Source: Candidatus Latescibacterota bacterium (GTDB taxonomy: Bacteria > Latescibacterota > UBA2968). Taken from it: DNA of 64,000 bases. Shown here one piece after another: positions 60,965 to 64,000 of this stretch. The translations under genes and the position numbers were made by a program. Positions within the stretch are counted from its first letter, which is position 1. Each line of letters begins with the position of its first letter. The stretch lies in contig OZ241986.1 of NCBI GenBank assembly GCA_965204375.1, forward strand, positions 1,632,001 to 1,696,000. Direction: 5' to 3'. The notes beneath the pieces were generated by a model. It was not told the DNA's origin and did no database searches. It was given only the letters and a program-made list of their open reading frames with translations.

Positions 60965-61741
60965 TCAGTCTGTCTGCTGAGTGCTGATTTCGTCTTCTGA
61001 GATTTTGTGTACACTTTTGGGATTGAAGGTCTGCTGGGTATTGATGCGGAGTGCAACTTCAATCCGCCCGCCAGTTAGCACAAAAAACTGAATCAGAAAC
61101 CCGCCACCTTGCATGGTTTCAACCTGGTAAGCGTCGGTGTCTAATCCGTCGAGCAATTGTGGAAGGGTGGTTTCAAATCGCGGGTGTTGTGTAATATTGG
61201 GAGGCAACGCCATAATCAGGGTTCCCGGTTCTGCATTGAGATGACCTCCAATGCGTTGTCGAGTGCTGACCATGTGAGCAATAACCCTGCATGCATAATC
61301 GAAATCATCGCCGCCGTTTCGATCTGGCGGCACTATCCCCCAGGTCAGGTGGTGGATAAAGGGATTGCCGTATCCCTGCCCAAGCATCTGATCAAGCGCG
61401 GGTTGGTCAACGGGATGAACCACTGCGACATAGTGAAACCAGCCACGTGCGAGGGCAGGATGCCCGAACGGCAAACCCGATGGTACGTTGATATAATCCT
61501 GTTCATCGACGGGTGAGGGATAACACTTGGTGTCCCAACCCGCAATATAACCCATCGTTTTTAGAGGTCCTGCGACGAGGTACGGTGGATCCGTAAAGAT
61601 CGCCGCGTGGTCCATGTTGGGATACAATTTGACGCCAGCAGCAGAAATTTTTTCGGCGACTTGCAAGGCTTCATCAAAGCGTTCAGACGCATTCTCAATT
61701 TGGAGAACTGTGTGAAAGTCTTCGGGTAATTTACAGTTCAT
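60965..61741 (-). CDS. hypothetical protein, possible VOC/HPPD-like metalloenzyme
   Basis: AGGAGG RBS before ATG 61741; MDHAAIF, PFIHHLTW, GFLIQFF...RIEVALR. Confidence 0.65.
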   Translation of the reverse strand: MNCKLPEDFHTVLQIENASERFDEALQVAEKISAAGVKLYPNMDHAAIFTDPPYLVAGPLKTMGYIAGWDTKCYPSPVDEQDYINVPSGLPFGHPALARGWFHYVAVVHPVDQPALDQMLGQGYGNPFIHHLTWGIVPPDRNGGDDFDYACRVIAHMVSTRQRIGGHLNAEPGTLIMALPPNITQHPRFETTLPQLLDGLDTDAYQVETMQGGGFLIQFFVLTGGRIEVALRINTQQTFNPKSVHKISEDEISTQQTD

Positions 61742-61969
61742 AGTGTCATCCTCCTGTTGGTTAGACGATGTAATCAATAACACGTTTTTTCCATATACGT
61801 CAAGCATAAATGAATCCCGGTCACTTTGGTGGCCGTTTTTTTTTTGAAAAATTTGATTCACCCATTGCTGAAAAATTGAACGATTCATTCTCTAATGCTA
61901 TTTGGTTATACAGACCTCTATGGACATAACTTACTGATTTAACGTCTCTTGCGATATTTTTCTCAATTC

Positions 61970-61984
61970 TGGCACGCGATTTGC
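61970..61984 (+). promoter_or_regulatory. sigma-54 (-24/-12) promoter
   Basis: Consensus TGGCAC-GCGAT-TTGC ending 37 nt before ATG 62022. Confidence 0.75.
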
Positions 61985-62021
61985 GTAAGTCATGATCCAA
62001 AAAACATTGCGGGAGGTCAAT

Positions 62022-64000
62022 ATGATGAGATACGGGATTATTGTTGTGATGTTGGGAGTGCTTTTGTTAGCACATGTAACTGTAGCACAAGGGTCGGACA
62101 AATTGAGTGGCCTACAAATTGAAGAAATTCTCGCGGATCCACCATCTGGCGAAAAGGGTGATGCCAACGGCGACGGAGTACGCGATACCTATACGGATGA
62201 ATTTATTGAATTGGTCAACAAGGGGAATGATTCGATTGATCTGTCGGGTTATCTGCTTTCTGATGATGATGTTGCACATGAAAATATGTTCCCATTTCCA
62301 ACAGGAACGGTGCTCGCACCAGGAGAACGCTTCGTGCTGTTTGGCGGAGGAAACCCTCAGGGTATTCCTGGACTGGTATATACAGATGACGGAAGAATTG
62401 GCAATGGCCTGACAAATACGAAGGATGTAATCTTAATCATTGATCCGGTAGCCGGAGATACACTGCTCTCGGTGGGGTATGACACGAAAGTTAAAGATCA
62501 GTCTCTCGTCCAAAAAAATGGGACTTGGATTGGGCATAGTACACAAAATGGCAGAGGATTGTTTTCGCCGGGCAAACCACGGTCGCTTTTTGATAAAATC
62601 GAGTCTCTTCCCGAATATGTGGACCTGATAGCAGGAGAATCCATTTCACTGATCCCTGCGATCTATAGCTACGAGACTGGGGAAACGAAGCGGATTGAAG
62701 ACGAAGTTTTATGGGTATCGTGGGATACCACTGTCGTGCGAATCGAACACGGCGACAGGGTGGTTGCTGTGCGTGCTGGTGAGACGAAGGTCGGATTTTT
62801 ATGGAATGGTCGCGAGAGTCTCCACACATATATCCGGGTGTTAGAAAAGGAAAAACCCCCATTGGTGATCTCGGAGGTGCATCCCAATCCCGCCTGGGGA
62901 GACGCGGGTGATACCAATGGCGATGGGGTGCGACACACCTATCAAGACGAATTTGTCGAAGTGGCGAATATGAGTAAACAGCCCATTGACATTGGCGGCT
63001 ATTTTCTCGGTGATGACGATGTCTCAGCAGATCGCCTATTTCGATTTCCCGACAACACAGTGCTTGATACGCAAGCAGTTGTCGTGCTCTTTGGTGGTGG
63101 GGATATGCCAGTTAGCGGTCGGGTTTTTGCCGATGACGGTCGCATTGGCGATGGCTTATCCAATTGGAGCGATACCGTGCAGCTATTGGCACCAGATAGT
63201 AGTACGGTGGTATTTTCAATGACGTATGAACGTTCAACCAGAGGCGTATCTTTTGTCAGAGACAATAATGGCAATTATGTCTTGCACAATGAGATATACA
63301 AAGAGGATTCAACTTCCGTCGGACGCTTAGAGCCAGGCGATGATCCGATTGAGCCTGAGGTATTGACCGATACATTGACTGTCCCGGATGGTATCGTATT
63401 TTCCGAAATTCTGATGCTGCCCGAACAGGTGGATGCCAATAATGATGGGATTGTCGATCGGCATGCAGATGCCTTTGTCGAATTGACCAATATCGGTGCA
63501 GATACCCTCAACTTGAGCGGATGGCTACTCGGCGATGACGATATCATGGTCTCTCAGTTTTTCTCTTTTCCCGATAATGTCGTGCTCGTGCCCGGTGGTT
63601 ATGTCACCATTTTTGGCGGAGGAACGCCCATGGGCATCTCCGGCACTGTCTTGTCCGCCGAGGGACAAATTGGAAATGGACTGAGTAGTAGTGGCGATGT
63701 CGTCCACCTGATCATGTCCGATGGCAAGACCGTGGCGCGGTCTGTGCGCGTACCAAAAGCCACACCCGACGTTTCATGGCTATTTTCGTCCGATGAGCCT
63801 CCAGAGTTACACCCTCAAATCCCTGGCAGGCACGCGATGTCGCCCGGTACATCACCGGATGGGCAAGAGGCGACTTCCATAGATACAACTGCACTCGACA
63901 TATTTCAACCACCTGAAGGCCTGGTGATCTCCGAAGTCTATCCCAATCCCGCCGCAGGCGATGCAGGCGATACCAATGGCGATGGGGGGCGACACACCTA
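62022..64000 (+). CDS. secreted protein with repeated lamin-tail (LTD) domains (runs off the right edge)
   Basis: Manual translation: signal peptide MMRYGIIVVMLGVLLLAHVTVA; repeats of I.E...P...DANGDG.RD...DEF.EL.N.....DL.G..L.D; GGGAGG RBS. Confidence 0.85.
   Translation, partial: MMRYGIIVVMLGVLLLAHVTVAQGSDKLSGLQIEEILADPPSGEKGDANGDGVRDTYTDEFIELVNKGNDSIDLSGYLLSDDDVAHENMFPFPTGTVLAPGERFVLFGGGNPQGIPGLVYTDDGRIGNGLTNTKDVILIIDPVAGDTLLSVGYDTKVKDQSLVQKNGTWIGHSTQNGRGLFSPGKPRSLFDKIESLPEYVDLIAGESISLIPAIYSYETGETKRIEDEVLWVSWDTTVVRIEHGDRVVAVRAGETKVGFLWNGRESLHTYIRVLEKEKPPLVISEVHPNPAWGDAGDTNGDGVRHTYQDEFVEVANMSKQPIDIGGYFLGDDDVSADRLFRFPDNTVLDTQAVVVLFGGGDMPVSGRVFADDGRIGDGLSNWSDTVQLLAPDSSTVVFSMTYERSTRGVSFVRDNNGNYVLHNEIYKEDSTSVGRLEPGDDPIEPEVLTDTLTVPDGIVFSEILMLPEQVDANNDGIVDRHADAFVELTNIGADTLNLSGWLLGDDDIMVSQFFSFPDNVVLVPGGYVTIFGGGTPMGISGTVLSAEGQIGNGLSSSGDVVHLIMSDGKTVARSVRVPKATPDVSWLFSSDEPPELHPQIPGRHAMSPGTSPDGQEATSIDTTALDIFQPPEGLVISEVYPNPAAGDAGDTNGDGGRHT

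Overview
Bacterial chromosome segment from a diderm. The GWxTD and lamin-tail proteins, PhyH dioxygenases, sulfatases and TonB suggest a Latescibacterota/Gemmatimonadota-like organism (inference only). Housekeeping and metabolic genes lie at 1-15081 (TonB receptor, mobA, GH88, pgi-like, arsS, apt) and 39360-64000 (SDR, CYTH-CHAD-ParA, tonB, GWxTD, ruvX-mltG-pcrA-gatC-pyrG-lptC/A/B-rpoN). The main result is a tRNA-Arg(CCU) gene split between positions 38 and 39 by an apparently intact 2444-nt group IIA intron encoding an RT/maturase/HNH protein. The intron's EBS1 loop is complementary to the spliced anticodon-loop junction. Directly downstream is a ~22-kb accessory region. It holds a nonsense-inactivated IS256 with a 9-bp target duplication, a nucleotidyltransferase pair, an SNF2 helicase + actin/Hsp70-fold ATPase module, a sulfatase/dioxygenase/tetronate-kinase cluster, an ATPase + putative nuclease pair and an IS1595 remnant. 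A dispersed REP-like repeat family and two sigma-54 promoter motifs are also visible. All calls come from motifs read by eye; no database searches were run.
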